A stretch of DNA of 64,000 nucleotides from Thermodesulfovibrionales bacterium. GTDB taxonomy: Bacteria > Nitrospirota > Thermodesulfovibrionia > Thermodesulfovibrionales > UBA6898. Positions 37,112 through 47,604 of the stretch are shown one piece after another. The DNA lies in assembly GCA_044450345.1 (NCBI GenBank), contig JBIOIY010000008.1:8736-72735 (forward strand), written 5' to 3'. Position numbers and translations under genes: made by a program. Each line of letters begins with the position of its first letter. Position 1 is the stretch's first letter. A model generated the notes under the pieces. It was not told where the DNA came from, did no database searches, and saw only the letters and a program-made list of their open reading frames with translations.

Positions 37112-39751
37112 ATGGACCTTTACCTCATCGACGGGAATTCATATGTCTACCGTGCGTTCTATGCAATTAAAGGGCTGACGAATTCAAAGGGTTTCCCGAC
37201 AAACGCCGCATTCGGCTTCACAAATATGCTGCTGAAGATAATAAGAGAAAAAACCCCCGGCGGTCTTGCGGTCTGCTTTGACTCGCCGGCCCGGACGGAG
37301 AGACATGAGCTCTTCGAAGACTACAAGGCGCACAGACCCGAGGCCCCATCAGAGCTGGTGGCCCAGCTTCCCTATATCAGGAAAATCATATCAGCTTTTC
37401 GTATCATGACCTTCGAGGTCCCGGGCTACGAAGCCGATGACCTCATCGGCACCATAGCGAAAAGGGCGGCACAGGAGGGAAACAGGGTCTTTATTGTGAC
37501 GGGGGACAAGGACATGCTTCAACTCGTGGATGAGAATATCAAGATATACGATCCGATGAAGGAAAGGGTCCTCGACGCGGACTACGTCACGGAAAAGTTC
37601 GGCGTCGGACCCGGGAGGGTGACTGAATTTATGGCCCTTACCGGCGACCCCGTAGACAATATCCCCGGGATTAAGGGTGTAGGGGAAAAGACGGCGAAGG
37701 AACTCCTCTCCCATTTCGAAAGCATAGAGGACCTGCTGGATCACCCCGAACGCATAAAAAAGGAAAGGCTGAGAGAGATGGTCTCTTCGGGCAGGGACAT
37801 CATACTTCTGAGCAAGAGGCTGGCGACTATCGACGTATCTGTCCCGCTCGATATCGAAGTGGGTGATTTCCTTCTGGGTGAACCGGATTGGCTTTCCCTT
37901 CTTTCCCTCTTCAGAGAACTCGAACTTTCGACTTTTATGAAGCTCATCCCCTCAGCCGAAACAGTCCGGAAGCACGAAACGATCGACTCTCCGGAAAGGC
38001 TTGAAGAGGTCCTTTCTTCAGTCGGAGATGAGGTCGCCTTCGATACGGAGGCAACCGGCAGGAACCCCCTGACCGACCATCTTGTGGGGATCGCCTTCTG
38101 CTATAACAAAGAGAAGGCTTATTATGTGCCGGTCTCGCATTCTTATCCCGGCGCGGAGAAGCAGCCTGACAAGGATGACGTATTTCACCATATCCGCCCT
38201 CTGCTTGGGAACAGGGAGATTGCGAAGATAGGCCACAACCTAAAATATGACGTCATGCTTTTGGGACAGGAAGGGGTCGCCGTTGCAGGCAGGTTATACG
38301 ACACGATGATCGCGGCCTATCTCCTGAATCCCAACAAGGCCGGCCACAGCCTCGAGGAGGTGTCTTTCGAATACCTTTCATCGAAGAAGAAGTCTTTTGT
38401 CGAGGTATTGAAGAAGCGGAAGTCTTTTGCCGAGGTGACCATTGAAGAAGCGACTGCTTACGCGGCCGAAGATGCGGCCCTCAGTCTCGAACTGCGGGAT
38501 GTGCTGTTTGAGAAGCTCCGCGGGGAGGGCCTCGAAAAAGTCTACCAGGACATCGAGATGCCTCTCATCGAAGTGCTCGTGGGGGTGGAGAAGGCCGGGA
38601 TCAAGGTTGACGCGGTCCTTTTGAAAGACCTGGCGGATGAGATGGCTATTGAGATAGAGAGCATCCAAAAGAGGATATTCTTCCTTGCCGGAGAAGAATT
38701 CAACATTAACTCACCGAAGCAGCTGAGCAAGATCCTGTTTCAGAGCCTCGGATTGAACCCCTCGAAGAGGACGAAGACGGGTTTCTCCACAGGCATGGAC
38801 GTCCTGGAAGAGCTTGCCGAACATCACGACCTTCCGATGGAGGTGCTGCATTACCGGAGCCTTACAAAACTCAAGACAACATACCTCGACGTCCTGCCCT
38901 CGCTCGTTAATCCGGAAACCGGACGTGTCCATACTTCTTTCAACCAGACTGCCACGGCCACGGGGAGGCTGAGCAGCAGCGACCCGAACCTCCAGAATAT
39001 CCCGATACGGGGCGAATGGGGAAAACGCATCCGGCAGGCATTCGTCGCAGAGGAGGGCAACCTCCTGCTTTCTGCCGATTATTCACAGGTCGAATTGAGG
39101 GTGCTCGCGCATATCAGCGGAGATGAAGGACTCCGTGAGGCTTTTCACAAGGGGCTCGACATCCATTCAAGGACAGCGGCCGAACTCTTCGCAGTCCCCT
39201 TCGATGAGGTGACGCCGGAGATGAGGAGGACCGCAAAGACCGTAAACTTCGGCGTTATATATGGGATTTCTGCCTTCGGGCTTTCGGAGACATTGAATAT
39301 AGAGAGAGGGGACGCACAGAAATATATCAACCAGTACTTCGACCGCCATCCCGGCGTCAGGAAATACACGGAACGTGTCCTTGAGGAAGCGAAGGAGCGG
39401 GGCTGCGTGGCCACACTTTTCGGGAGGAAAAGGCCGGTCCCTGAACTGAAAAGCTACAACAAAAACACGAGGCAGCAGGGCGAAAGACTTGCGGTAAATT
39501 CTCCTATACAGGGGACGGCCGCGGACATCATCAAGATTGCGATGATAAGGATATGGAAAAGGTTCCGGGAAGAAGCGGTCCGGGCAAAGATGATTTTGCA
39601 GGTGCATGATGAACTTTTGTTCGAGTTCCAAGAGCACGAACTGGAAAAAGTGCGTGTCATCGTAAGAGAAGAAATGGAAGGGGCGGCGACATTGTCCGTG
39701 CCTTTAAAGGTCGAAATGGGCCATGGCAGGAACTGGGCCGAGGCACATTAA
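37112..39751 (+). CDS. polA: DNA polymerase I
   Basis: LIDGNSYVYRAF, EADD, DTE, DYSQVELR, KTVNFGVIYG, QVHDEL. Confidence 0.98.
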   Translation: MDLYLIDGNSYVYRAFYAIKGLTNSKGFPTNAAFGFTNMLLKIIREKTPGGLAVCFDSPARTERHELFEDYKAHRPEAPSELVAQLPYIRKIISAFRIMTFEVPGYEADDLIGTIAKRAAQEGNRVFIVTGDKDMLQLVDENIKIYDPMKERVLDADYVTEKFGVGPGRVTEFMALTGDPVDNIPGIKGVGEKTAKELLSHFESIEDLLDHPERIKKERLREMVSSGRDIILLSKRLATIDVSVPLDIEVGDFLLGEPDWLSLLSLFRELELSTFMKLIPSAETVRKHETIDSPERLEEVLSSVGDEVAFDTEATGRNPLTDHLVGIAFCYNKEKAYYVPVSHSYPGAEKQPDKDDVFHHIRPLLGNREIAKIGHNLKYDVMLLGQEGVAVAGRLYDTMIAAYLLNPNKAGHSLEEVSFEYLSSKKKSFVEVLKKRKSFAEVTIEEATAYAAEDAALSLELRDVLFEKLRGEGLEKVYQDIEMPLIEVLVGVEKAGIKVDAVLLKDLADEMAIEIESIQKRIFFLAGEEFNINSPKQLSKILFQSLGLNPSKRTKTGFSTGMDVLEELAEHHDLPMEVLHYRSLTKLKTTYLDVLPSLVNPETGRVHTSFNQTATATGRLSSSDPNLQNIPIRGEWGKRIRQAFVAEEGNLLLSADYSQVELRVLAHISGDEGLREAFHKGLDIHSRTAAELFAVPFDEVTPEMRRTAKTVNFGVIYGISAFGLSETLNIERGDAQKYINQYFDRHPGVRKYTERVLEEAKERGCVATLFGRKRPVPELKSYNKNTRQQGERLAVNSPIQGTAADIIKIAMIRIWKRFREEAVRAKMILQVHDELLFEFQEHELEKVRVIVREEMEGAATLSVPLKVEMGHGRNWAEAH

Positions 39752-39790
39752 AGACTGTATTAACCCCTGTCTTATCTGATAGAATAGCGC

Positions 39791-40777
39791 TTGGAAAGCA
39801 TGAAAACAAACACGAAGGGAAAGACCGTTGTCCCATCAAAAAAGGCGGCGGCAAGGAAACCCGGCCGAAGGAATAATCATACCTCCCGTGCCTCGACTGA
39901 AAATAAGGAGAAACCCGCAGGAAAGCCTTCCGTAAAATCCCCGGAAAAAGAAAAAAAGTCCGCCTTTTCAAAAAAAACTGCAAAGAAATCATTAAAGGCC
40001 GAGAAAAAATTACCCGCAGGTCCTGCGCCGGACGCAAAAAAGGCGTCCGTGAAGAAGGCCCCGGCAAGGTCGCCAAAGATCGATGCAGAGGCGGTCAAAA
40101 AGAAGGCACCGCCGCCTAAGACCAAGACCGTAAGAAAAACAGCAGCAAAGATTGCCCTCCCTAAAGCTTCCCGGACCCCCAGGGAATCTTCTCCAAAAAC
40201 AAAGGGGAAGATTCCGGAAAAAATAAAAGTAAAAAATACTGCCGGGACAAAGAAGATCGGAGGCCGGCCCGTTAAACCCGCTACGTCAAGACAACGGAGA
40301 AAGGTCAGTAGCCCGGCAAAGGGCCCGGAGAAAAAAAGTACTTCACGGATAAAAGGCAAAGATGAATTTAATACTACTACCCGTACACAATTGCCTGACG
40401 AATATGGTGAGAACGATCTTATCCTGATGGCTGTGGACCCCGACGTTGTCTTTGTAGACTGGGAGATAAAAAAGGAAGAGGCGCCGGAGGGGAAGGACGG
40501 GTTCACGATGCGCGTATTCGATGTTGCCGGGGGTGAATCCGCGAGATTGCGCAGGGAGAGTTATTTCGATATTAAGCTAGAGGGCAGGGTCGGGAGCGGT
40601 TTTTTTGCGTTAGGGATGCCGGGCAGGGAGGTGGCTGTCGAAATAGGGTTCTTTGACAAAAGTAGGTTTATGCCGGTCTTAAGTTCCAGGGTTTTGTCGA
40701 TGCCCAGACTGCTTGTATCAGATGAACTCGGGATCGCCAAGAAATTGTTTGAATCCGGGATCCCCATCGGATACTGA
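39791..40777 (+). CDS. DUF4912-domain protein with long Lys/Ala/Pro-rich N-terminal region
   Basis: LPDEYGENDLILMAVDPDVVFVDWEI; about 190-aa basic low-complexity N-terminus. Confidence 0.8.
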   Translation: MESMKTNTKGKTVVPSKKAAARKPGRRNNHTSRASTENKEKPAGKPSVKSPEKEKKSAFSKKTAKKSLKAEKKLPAGPAPDAKKASVKKAPARSPKIDAEAVKKKAPPPKTKTVRKTAAKIALPKASRTPRESSPKTKGKIPEKIKVKNTAGTKKIGGRPVKPATSRQRRKVSSPAKGPEKKSTSRIKGKDEFNTTTRTQLPDEYGENDLILMAVDPDVVFVDWEIKKEEAPEGKDGFTMRVFDVAGGESARLRRESYFDIKLEGRVGSGFFALGMPGREVAVEIGFFDKSRFMPVLSSRVLSMPRLLVSDELGIAKKLFESGIPIGY

Positions 40778-40878
40778 ACTCAATTGTGTTTTTAGGGCGC
40801 AATAAGGTAAAATTAAATTTGTTTGCGATACTTCAACGCCGTGGAAGTATTTGTTTTTAAATCAATTTTGGGCATTCG

Positions 40879-41049
40879 ATGAAAGAAAAGCTAAAGGAAG
40901 AGATGCTGAAGAGGGCTGTAAACGGAAGACTCTCCTGCGCCGCAGCGAGAGAGGTGGCCGAAAAATTAGGCCTTCCCTATAAAGAAGTGGGCATTGCCGC
41001 CAACGAATTAGGGATAAAGATCAAAGATTGCCAGCTGGGTTGCTTCTGA
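40879..41049 (+). CDS. Small conserved 56-aa protein (CQLGCF family), absent from ORF track
   Basis: MKEKLKEEMLKRAVNGRLSCAAAREVAEKLGLPYKEVGIAANELGIKIKDCQLGCF; TGATG coupling to ccsA. Confidence 0.8.
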   Translation: MKEKLKEEMLKRAVNGRLSCAAAREVAEKLGLPYKEVGIAANELGIKIKDCQLGCF

Positions 41050-41861
41050 TGGAAATATACCTCTTCGAAATCGCGCTCACCTTCTATTTTGCGGCTGCTA
41101 TCGTCTGCGTGCTGGAGCTCTTCAAGGGAACAAGGACTACCTCCATCATCATGCTGAGTCTTGCGGTCATCGGGTTTCTTTTCCATACTTCAAATATTAT
41201 AGCCCGCTATGTGATTTCAGGGCATATACCTATTGCAAACCTCCATGAGGCGGCCTCTTTCTTTTCGTGGTGCATCGTCATGCTATTTTTGTTCCTTGAA
41301 TACCGGTACAGGATCGGTCTGCTCGGCTCCTTTATCATGCCTGTCGTATTCATTCTCATGCTGTCGTCGTCGATGCTGCCCCGCAAGATAGAACCCCTCA
41401 GCCCGGTGCTGCAGAGTTATTGGCTCGGGATACATACCGTACTGGCCTTCCTCGGGGACGCAGCCTTTGCCATGGCCTTCGGGATTGGTATTATGTACCT
41501 CTTGCAGGAACATTTTGTAAAATCAAGGCACCTGGGCGGACTGTTCCAAAGGCTGCCGAGCCTCCAGATACTCGACGAAATCAACTACAAGCTCATCACC
41601 CTCGGGTTCCCTCTCCTGACCCTTGCGATCATAACCGGCGCCTTATGGGCTGAAAGCGCCTGGGGGAGTTATTGGAGGTGGGACCCGAAGGAGGTCTGGT
41701 CTTTGATCACCTGGTTCATTTACGCCGTAGTACTTCATGTGAGGCTCATCGCCGGCTGGAGAGGGAAACGGGCAGCTGTACTCTCTATCTTCGGTTTCTG
41801 CGTCGTACTCTTTACTTTCTTCGGCGTTAACTTTATCTTGCAGAGCAAACACGTATTCTGA
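41049..41861 (+). CDS. ccsA: Cytochrome c biogenesis protein CcsA/CcsB (HemX-like)
   Basis: WLGIH, GALWAESAWGSYWRWDPKE (WWD domain). Confidence 0.92.
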   Translation: MEIYLFEIALTFYFAAAIVCVLELFKGTRTTSIIMLSLAVIGFLFHTSNIIARYVISGHIPIANLHEAASFFSWCIVMLFLFLEYRYRIGLLGSFIMPVVFILMLSSSMLPRKIEPLSPVLQSYWLGIHTVLAFLGDAAFAMAFGIGIMYLLQEHFVKSRHLGGLFQRLPSLQILDEINYKLITLGFPLLTLAIITGALWAESAWGSYWRWDPKEVWSLITWFIYAVVLHVRLIAGWRGKRAAVLSIFGFCVVLFTFFGVNFILQSKHVF

Positions 41862-43129
41862 TGAAAGTTCTCGTAATAGGAGTAAACCACAAGACAGCGA
41901 CTGTCGAGATCAGGGAGAAGCTCGCCTTTAACGGCCCTAAACTCGAAGAAGGGGTATTCGGACTAAGGAAGGTCCCCGAGGTAAAAGAGGCCGCAGTGCT
42001 CTCAACCTGCAACAGGGTTGAACTCTATATCTGCGCGAGCAAGAGGGGGTCTGCCGCCGACCATGTCAAGGGTTTCCTCTCCGAATTCCACGGCCTGCCG
42101 AGGCAGGATTTCGAAAAATCGCTGTATGTTCATGAAGGGGAAGATGCCATAAGGCATATCTTCAGGGTCTCATCGAGTCTTGATTCGATGGTGGTCGGGG
42201 AGCCCCAGATACTCGGTCAGATAAAGGACACTTTTGATTTCGCCCTCAGTAAAAAGACCACCGGGGTGCTTCTGAATAAGCTCATGAAGAAGGCGATCTC
42301 CACCGCTAAAAGGGTGAGGACCGAAACAAGGATCGCAGAGAATGCGGTCTCGATCAGTTTTGCCGCGGTGGAACTCGCAAAAAAGATATTCACCAACCTC
42401 ACCGGGAAGTCCTTTATGCTCCTGGGGGCGGGAGAGATGGCGGAACTCGCAGCCCGCCACCTCATGAACAACGGCGTCCAGGACGTAATGGTCGTCAACC
42501 GTACCTATGAGCGGGGATGCGAACTTGCCCGCGAATTCAACGGCAAGCCGGTAAAGTTCGAGAATTTCCTTCATGAACTCGTACACGCCGACATCATCAT
42601 ATGCTCCACCGGAGCACCTTCCTATGTCCTTATCAAAGAGCAGATGCACAAAGCCATGAAGGAGCGGAAAAACAGACCTGTCTTTATCATCGATATTTCC
42701 GTCCCGAGGAACATAGACCCCGAGATAAACAAGCTCGATAACGTTTACCTGTATAGCGTCGACGATCTCCAGGAGGTGGTCGACACCAACATCCACGGCA
42801 GAAAGGTCGAGGCGGAAAAGGCCGAGAAGATAATCGACGAAGAGGTGGAGAAATTCATAAAGTGGATGTCGTCGCTTGATTCAGTCCCTACGATAGTGGC
42901 CCTGAGACAGAAGGCCGATGAGATCAAGACGGAGGAGCTCGAAAAATTCAAGGGCCGGCTTCCCGGTCTGGACGAAGAGAAGATGAAGGCCGTAGAATAT
43001 ATGGCGGCTGCGATCATCAACAAGCTCATTCATCCGCCCACCGTTGCGCTGAAAGAGGATACCGAAGACAGGGACGAACTCATCGCCATGATAAAAAAAC
43101 TATACGGGATAAACGGGGACGAGGAGTAG
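41861..43129 (+). CDS. hemA: Glutamyl-tRNA reductase
   Basis: STCNRVE, SLDSMVVGEPQILGQ, GAGEM, DISVPR. Confidence 0.97.
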   Translation: MKVLVIGVNHKTATVEIREKLAFNGPKLEEGVFGLRKVPEVKEAAVLSTCNRVELYICASKRGSAADHVKGFLSEFHGLPRQDFEKSLYVHEGEDAIRHIFRVSSSLDSMVVGEPQILGQIKDTFDFALSKKTTGVLLNKLMKKAISTAKRVRTETRIAENAVSISFAAVELAKKIFTNLTGKSFMLLGAGEMAELAARHLMNNGVQDVMVVNRTYERGCELAREFNGKPVKFENFLHELVHADIIICSTGAPSYVLIKEQMHKAMKERKNRPVFIIDISVPRNIDPEINKLDNVYLYSVDDLQEVVDTNIHGRKVEAEKAEKIIDEEVEKFIKWMSSLDSVPTIVALRQKADEIKTEELEKFKGRLPGLDEEKMKAVEYMAAAIINKLIHPPTVALKEDTEDRDELIAMIKKLYGINGDEE

Positions 43130-43239
43130 AATATCTTATCGATTCGTTATTACATAATGCGATGACGTTGAGCAAGAGAAAATGTCCGACCGGGACACCG
43201 AATGCCTCTTCCTTTATCACGGTCGCAGGGCCGTTAAGG

Positions 43240-44787
43240 ATGATAGTGCGTGTCCCTAGAAAAGATTTCTTTAAAGGTCTCGCCTTTTCCCTTCTGTCCC
43301 TCGCCCTTGCAGCTTCATCGCTCTCTGCTGCAAGAAGTCCTGTCGTCAGGATAATCGTGGTGGACAAACAATCGGAAGCGGAAAATATACTGGCCGAAAT
43401 AAACAAAGGCAGATCGTTCGCCTCCCTCGCAAAAGAACGGTCCCTTGATGAAAAAAGCCGGGGCAGATATGGGGAGATAGAGGCATCCGCTTTTGAGAGG
43501 CTCGATGAACCCTTGAAAAAAGCTGCGCTTACGCTCGGGGAAGGGGAGGTCAGCGGGGTCATTGCGTTAGGAGACAATAGATATGCGCTTGCCCTTGTGG
43601 TCGACATGACGCATTACAGGAAGGGGACGAAGGCTTTCAGATCGGGAGATTTCAAGGCCGCGGAGAAGGACCTTCTCAAACATGTCGAGCTTAACCCCGA
43701 CGCGGTGAAGGCCCGTGTCATTCTCGGGCGGATCTACGAGACGGGAAATGAGGCGAACAAGGCTGAAGCGAGTTATAGAGAGGCCCTGCAGTTTGATCCG
43801 GGTTGTGAAGCGGCCTATGAACGTCTTGGCGCATTGTACCTTCTCCTGGGAAAGTTTCAGCAGGCGAAGGACCTATACGATGACGGGCTGCATCATCTCC
43901 CTGATTCTAAATCTTTGAGGACGGCAGTAGAGAAGATCAAAAAGCGCCTTTCATATGTCAAGAGCGAACCCCCGAAAAAAGAAACAGGAGGGACCGAGCC
44001 GCGTGGTGGGCATGAAATCCCTAAAGTGGATGCTCAGAAAAGCGGGGGCCCAAAGCCGGATAATTCGAAGAAGGAATTGCCTCCGGGCGAGGCATTGAAG
44101 GATAGGCCGTCAACCATCGGGACTTCAAAAAATATGGCCGATAGGAAAATGCACATAAGGATCATCTTTGCGGAGAAAGAGTCTGATGCGCAGGATATTC
44201 TGTCACAGGTGAAAGAGGGAAGGCCTTTTGCCCTGCTCGCAAAGGAGAGGTCCGTCGACGAAAAAACCAGGGAAGCGTATGGCTACCTCGGGGAGGTAAG
44301 TGTGGATTCTCTTCACACATCCATTCAGGAGGCATTGTCGAAACTGAAGGAGGGACAGACAAGCGGCGTCATCAAGATAGACCAGAACAGGTATGCTGTT
44401 GTTCAGGCCACGCAGATGGATCTGTACAGGGAAGGCGAAAAGGCCTTCATTGCCGGCAACTACATAACTGCCGAGGGAAAACTGCTTAAGTATGTGGAGA
44501 ATAACCCGGACGCGGCAAAGGCCTGCGCCATGCTGGGGAAGATATACGAAGACAGGAAAGAGCCGTCGAAGGCGATCGAAATGTATAAGGAGGCTATAGC
44601 GTTCAGCCCCAGGACGGTCCTTGTATACGAAAGGCTCGCGAAGGTTTATCTCTTCCTGGGGATGTATCAAAAGGCAAAGGATGTCTATATCCAGGGGCTG
44701 AGTCAGGTGCCTTCGTCTCCTGTGCTGGAAGAGGGGATAGAGATGGCCGACCTCCTCTTGATAGGCAATGGGGAAAGAACGCCGTGA
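43240..44787 (+). CDS. Exported protein with two PpiC-rotamase + TPR modules (start uncertain, 43162-43246)
   Basis: Signal peptide; GRSFASLAKERSLD and GRPFALLAKERSVD each followed by TPRs. Confidence 0.8.
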   Translation: MIVRVPRKDFFKGLAFSLLSLALAASSLSAARSPVVRIIVVDKQSEAENILAEINKGRSFASLAKERSLDEKSRGRYGEIEASAFERLDEPLKKAALTLGEGEVSGVIALGDNRYALALVVDMTHYRKGTKAFRSGDFKAAEKDLLKHVELNPDAVKARVILGRIYETGNEANKAEASYREALQFDPGCEAAYERLGALYLLLGKFQQAKDLYDDGLHHLPDSKSLRTAVEKIKKRLSYVKSEPPKKETGGTEPRGGHEIPKVDAQKSGGPKPDNSKKELPPGEALKDRPSTIGTSKNMADRKMHIRIIFAEKESDAQDILSQVKEGRPFALLAKERSVDEKTREAYGYLGEVSVDSLHTSIQEALSKLKEGQTSGVIKIDQNRYAVVQATQMDLYREGEKAFIAGNYITAEGKLLKYVENNPDAAKACAMLGKIYEDRKEPSKAIEMYKEAIAFSPRTVLVYERLAKVYLFLGMYQKAKDVYIQGLSQVPSSPVLEEGIEMADLLLIGNGERTP

Positions 44788-45809
44788 TCCGGGAGATTGA
44801 GAGAAAAACGGCTTATGTTGTCCTCTGCCTGTTGGCGATCTTTATCTGGTCTTCTCTTGCGTCCGCAGACAAGCCGGCCCGCAAGGCAAAATATTCGAAG
44901 AAAAAGGCCGAGAAGACCGTAAGCGCCGGCAACCCGGCCGGTTATAAGGAGAGGTCCGCGACTGTCATTATGCCCAGTTCAGACGTCTTCTCCAGGAATT
45001 CCGGAGAATCCGAACGGGTAACGGAAGTCCTCCTTGGCGATGAGTTCAGGGTAATCAAGGAAGACAAGGAATGGGCCTACGGGTACATTCCGTCACAGAA
45101 AGACTACCGCGGATGGATCAGGAAGGACACTATTTCATTTTCACCTGTCAATTCCCAGGTTAAAGACAACACCTTTATCCAGGTGAAAAACGCGAAGGCA
45201 CGGATCACGTTCAGGGACGGTTCCTTCATAAACGTGTACGCAGGCACACGGCTTCCGCTTCTCAACAAGGACAACAGGCGGTATGAAGTGATTGTCCCGG
45301 ATGGTTCAACCGGATATCTCCCCGTCGAGGCCGCATGGATGGAAAGTGACCGCGCTGGGAAAGAAGTCACTGCCGAAGACATATTACAGGCCGCAAAATT
45401 TCACGGTTCGGATTACAGGTGGGGGGGGATCACCACGGGCGGTATGGATTGTTCGGGATTTGTGTATACGGCTTTCCGGCTGAACGGAATATATCTCAAG
45501 AGAGACTCTTATCTGCAGGCGGAAGAAGGCCTGGATGTGCCGATCGGCGAGCTGAAGGCCGGAGACCTTGTCTTCTTTAAATCGGAGAAGGCGAACCGGA
45601 TAACCCATGTGGGCATCTACATAGGAAACGGGAACTTTATTCATTCCAGCAAGGGCAGAAGGGGAGTTGCGGTAAGCAGTCTTTCCGACGACCATTTTAG
45701 AAATAATTTTGCGGGGGCCAGAAGAGTTCTCAACCGCCTCGACAGCGTAATCCAGATGAAGCAGAACAAGGAGCCGGCCCCGGGGCCGCAGAACAAGAAC
45801 GAAACATAA
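44784..45809 (+). CDS. SH3 + NlpC/P60 peptidoglycan endopeptidase
   Basis: YRWGG, DCSGFV, GDLVFF, HVGIY, FIHSS. Confidence 0.92.
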   Translation: MIREIERKTAYVVLCLLAIFIWSSLASADKPARKAKYSKKKAEKTVSAGNPAGYKERSATVIMPSSDVFSRNSGESERVTEVLLGDEFRVIKEDKEWAYGYIPSQKDYRGWIRKDTISFSPVNSQVKDNTFIQVKNAKARITFRDGSFINVYAGTRLPLLNKDNRRYEVIVPDGSTGYLPVEAAWMESDRAGKEVTAEDILQAAKFHGSDYRWGGITTGGMDCSGFVYTAFRLNGIYLKRDSYLQAEEGLDVPIGELKAGDLVFFKSEKANRITHVGIYIGNGNFIHSSKGRRGVAVSSLSDDHFRNNFAGARRVLNRLDSVIQMKQNKEPAPGPQNKNET

Positions 45810-46006
45810 TTTTGTTCCCTCCTCCTTAGTTATTACGAGCAAGGAGGGAGGATTTCACTGCGTGTGAAAAAGGGCAAGAAAATCGATATGCAGGACCTCA
45901 AAAGGATTTTATTTCCTGCTGGAGTAAAAGGTAAAATAGAACTCATGAAAACATCGGGTAGCGGGTCAATGGCCCACTATCAAACATCGGAGGGTCTTAA
46001 CATTTT

Positions 46007-46975
46007 ATGAAGAATAGAATCATAATCGGAACCCGCGGCAGCAAACTTGCGCTCTGGCAGGCCGAATGGGTGAAGTCAGAGTTGAAGAGGTTGAACCCGT
46101 CACTTGAAGTAGAACTGAACAAGATCAAGACCACCGGGGACAAGATCCTCGACGTTCCCCTCGCCCAGGTAGGAGGCAAAGGTCTGTTCGTAAAGGAGAT
46201 CGAAGAGGCGCTTTTAAGCGGAGAGGCCGATCTGGCTGTCCACAGCATGAAGGACGTGCCGACGGAGTTTCCTGCCGGTCTTCACCTCGCAGTAATATGC
46301 AGACGGGAAGACCCGCGTGATGCCTTTCTCTCTCAACAGCAGGGGTCGACTTTCAGGATTCAGAATTTCGATCAGCTGCCGGAGGGTGCCTCCATCGGAA
46401 CGAGCAGTCTCAGACGGTCGTGCCAGCTCCTCAGCGCAAGGCCTGACCTTCAAGTGATGCAGCTGCGGGGCAACCTGGATACGAGGCTGAAGAAACTGGA
46501 CGAGGGACAATTCGATGCGATCATCCTTGCGGCGGCAGGCGTGAAGAGACTCGGATGGGCCGACCGGATAACCCAAATTCTTTCCCCGGAGACAAGTCTT
46601 CCGGCCATAGGACAGGGCGCAGTCGGGGTCGAATGCAGGACCGACGACAAATTCATCCACGACCTCATATCTCCGTTGAACCACTACGAGACAGAAATCT
46701 GCGTCAGGGGAGAAAGGGCCTGTTTGAGGAGACTCGAGGGCGGTTGCCAGGTGCCTATAGCCGCCCATGCAAGACTGATCGAGGGGAAGATGGTTATGGA
46801 CGGACTCGTCGGAAGCGTTTCGGGCGACAGGATCATCCGGTCCCGCGTAGAAGGCAGACCCGAAGAAGCAAAGGCCCTCGGTACAAAACTTGCCGAGGAC
46901 CTGCTGTCAAAAGGTGCGGACAAGATTCTTGCAGAAGTGTACGGCAGGTGCGTCAACCAGATCGACCCGCCCTGA
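46007..46975 (+). CDS. hemC: Hydroxymethylbilane synthase
   Basis: GTRGSKLALWQ, VHSMKD, GTSSLRR, RGNLDTRL, LEGGCQVP. Confidence 0.98.
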   Translation: MKNRIIIGTRGSKLALWQAEWVKSELKRLNPSLEVELNKIKTTGDKILDVPLAQVGGKGLFVKEIEEALLSGEADLAVHSMKDVPTEFPAGLHLAVICRREDPRDAFLSQQQGSTFRIQNFDQLPEGASIGTSSLRRSCQLLSARPDLQVMQLRGNLDTRLKKLDEGQFDAIILAAAGVKRLGWADRITQILSPETSLPAIGQGAVGVECRTDDKFIHDLISPLNHYETEICVRGERACLRRLEGGCQVPIAAHARLIEGKMVMDGLVGSVSGDRIIRSRVEGRPEEAKALGTKLAEDLLSKGADKILAEVYGRCVNQIDPP

Positions 46976-47027
46976 AAATAGTCTGCTCGGCCTTACTGAG
47001 GGGGTCATAAGTAAAGCCTCACAAGTC

Positions 47028-47121
47028 GTCATTCCCGCAAGCGAAGCGCGTCGGGAATCCTTCCGAAAGCAAAGAAAGATTCCGGACCTGCCTACCGGAC
47101 AGGCAGGCAAGCCGGAATGAC
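47028..47121. repeat. GTCATTCC-type repeat carrying a nested 21-bp CCTGCC...GGCAGG palindrome
   Basis: GATTCCGGAC[CTGCCTACCGGACAGGCAGGC]AAGCCGGAATGAC versus CCGGACAAGCCGG near 37003. Confidence 0.8.
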
Positions 47122-47157
47122 AAAATAAGCTGAGATGTCGCGTTACTTTCGATCTTA

Positions 47158-47556
47158 TTACTTGTTGATCAGCTTCAGGGCCTTCTTATTGTCCGATGTG
47201 CTGAACAGACACATCGAAGTCTTCCCGGTCGACGTAGTGGCGTACATGTAGCCGATGTTGATACCGGCGTCGGCAATAGCCTTTGCCGCCTTATCGAGCT
47301 CCCCGACCTTGTTCGGCATCTCTACCGCGACGACATCCTCTTCCTCGAACTCCAGCTTCAGGTCCCTGAGGGCCTTCTTCGCTTTGGCGTTGCTATCAGT
47401 CGTCATGTCGAAGTAAGCCGTGTCGTCCCACGCGTAGGCGCAGATCGCCGAAATGTTCACCTTCGCCTTCGAAAGCCTCGTCGTGATCTCAGAAAGCAGA
47501 CCTGGTTTGTCCTTCATGCTGAAGCTGAGGAGCCTTTCCTTCGTTGCCTTTGCCAT
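47158..47556 (-). CDS. Tandem ACT-domain protein
   Basis: DKPGLL and NKVGEL ACT motifs; GGAGG SD; upstream TTGACT-N16-TACAAT. Confidence 0.88.
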   Translation of the reverse strand: MAKATKERLLSFSMKDKPGLLSEITTRLSKAKVNISAICAYAWDDTAYFDMTTDSNAKAKKALRDLKLEFEEEDVVAVEMPNKVGELDKAAKAIADAGINIGYMYATTSTGKTSMCLFSTSDNKKALKLINK

Positions 47557-47604
47557 AACACACCTCCAGACGGGTTTTATTCTCATTGTAGGGCAAAGGC
47601 GGGA

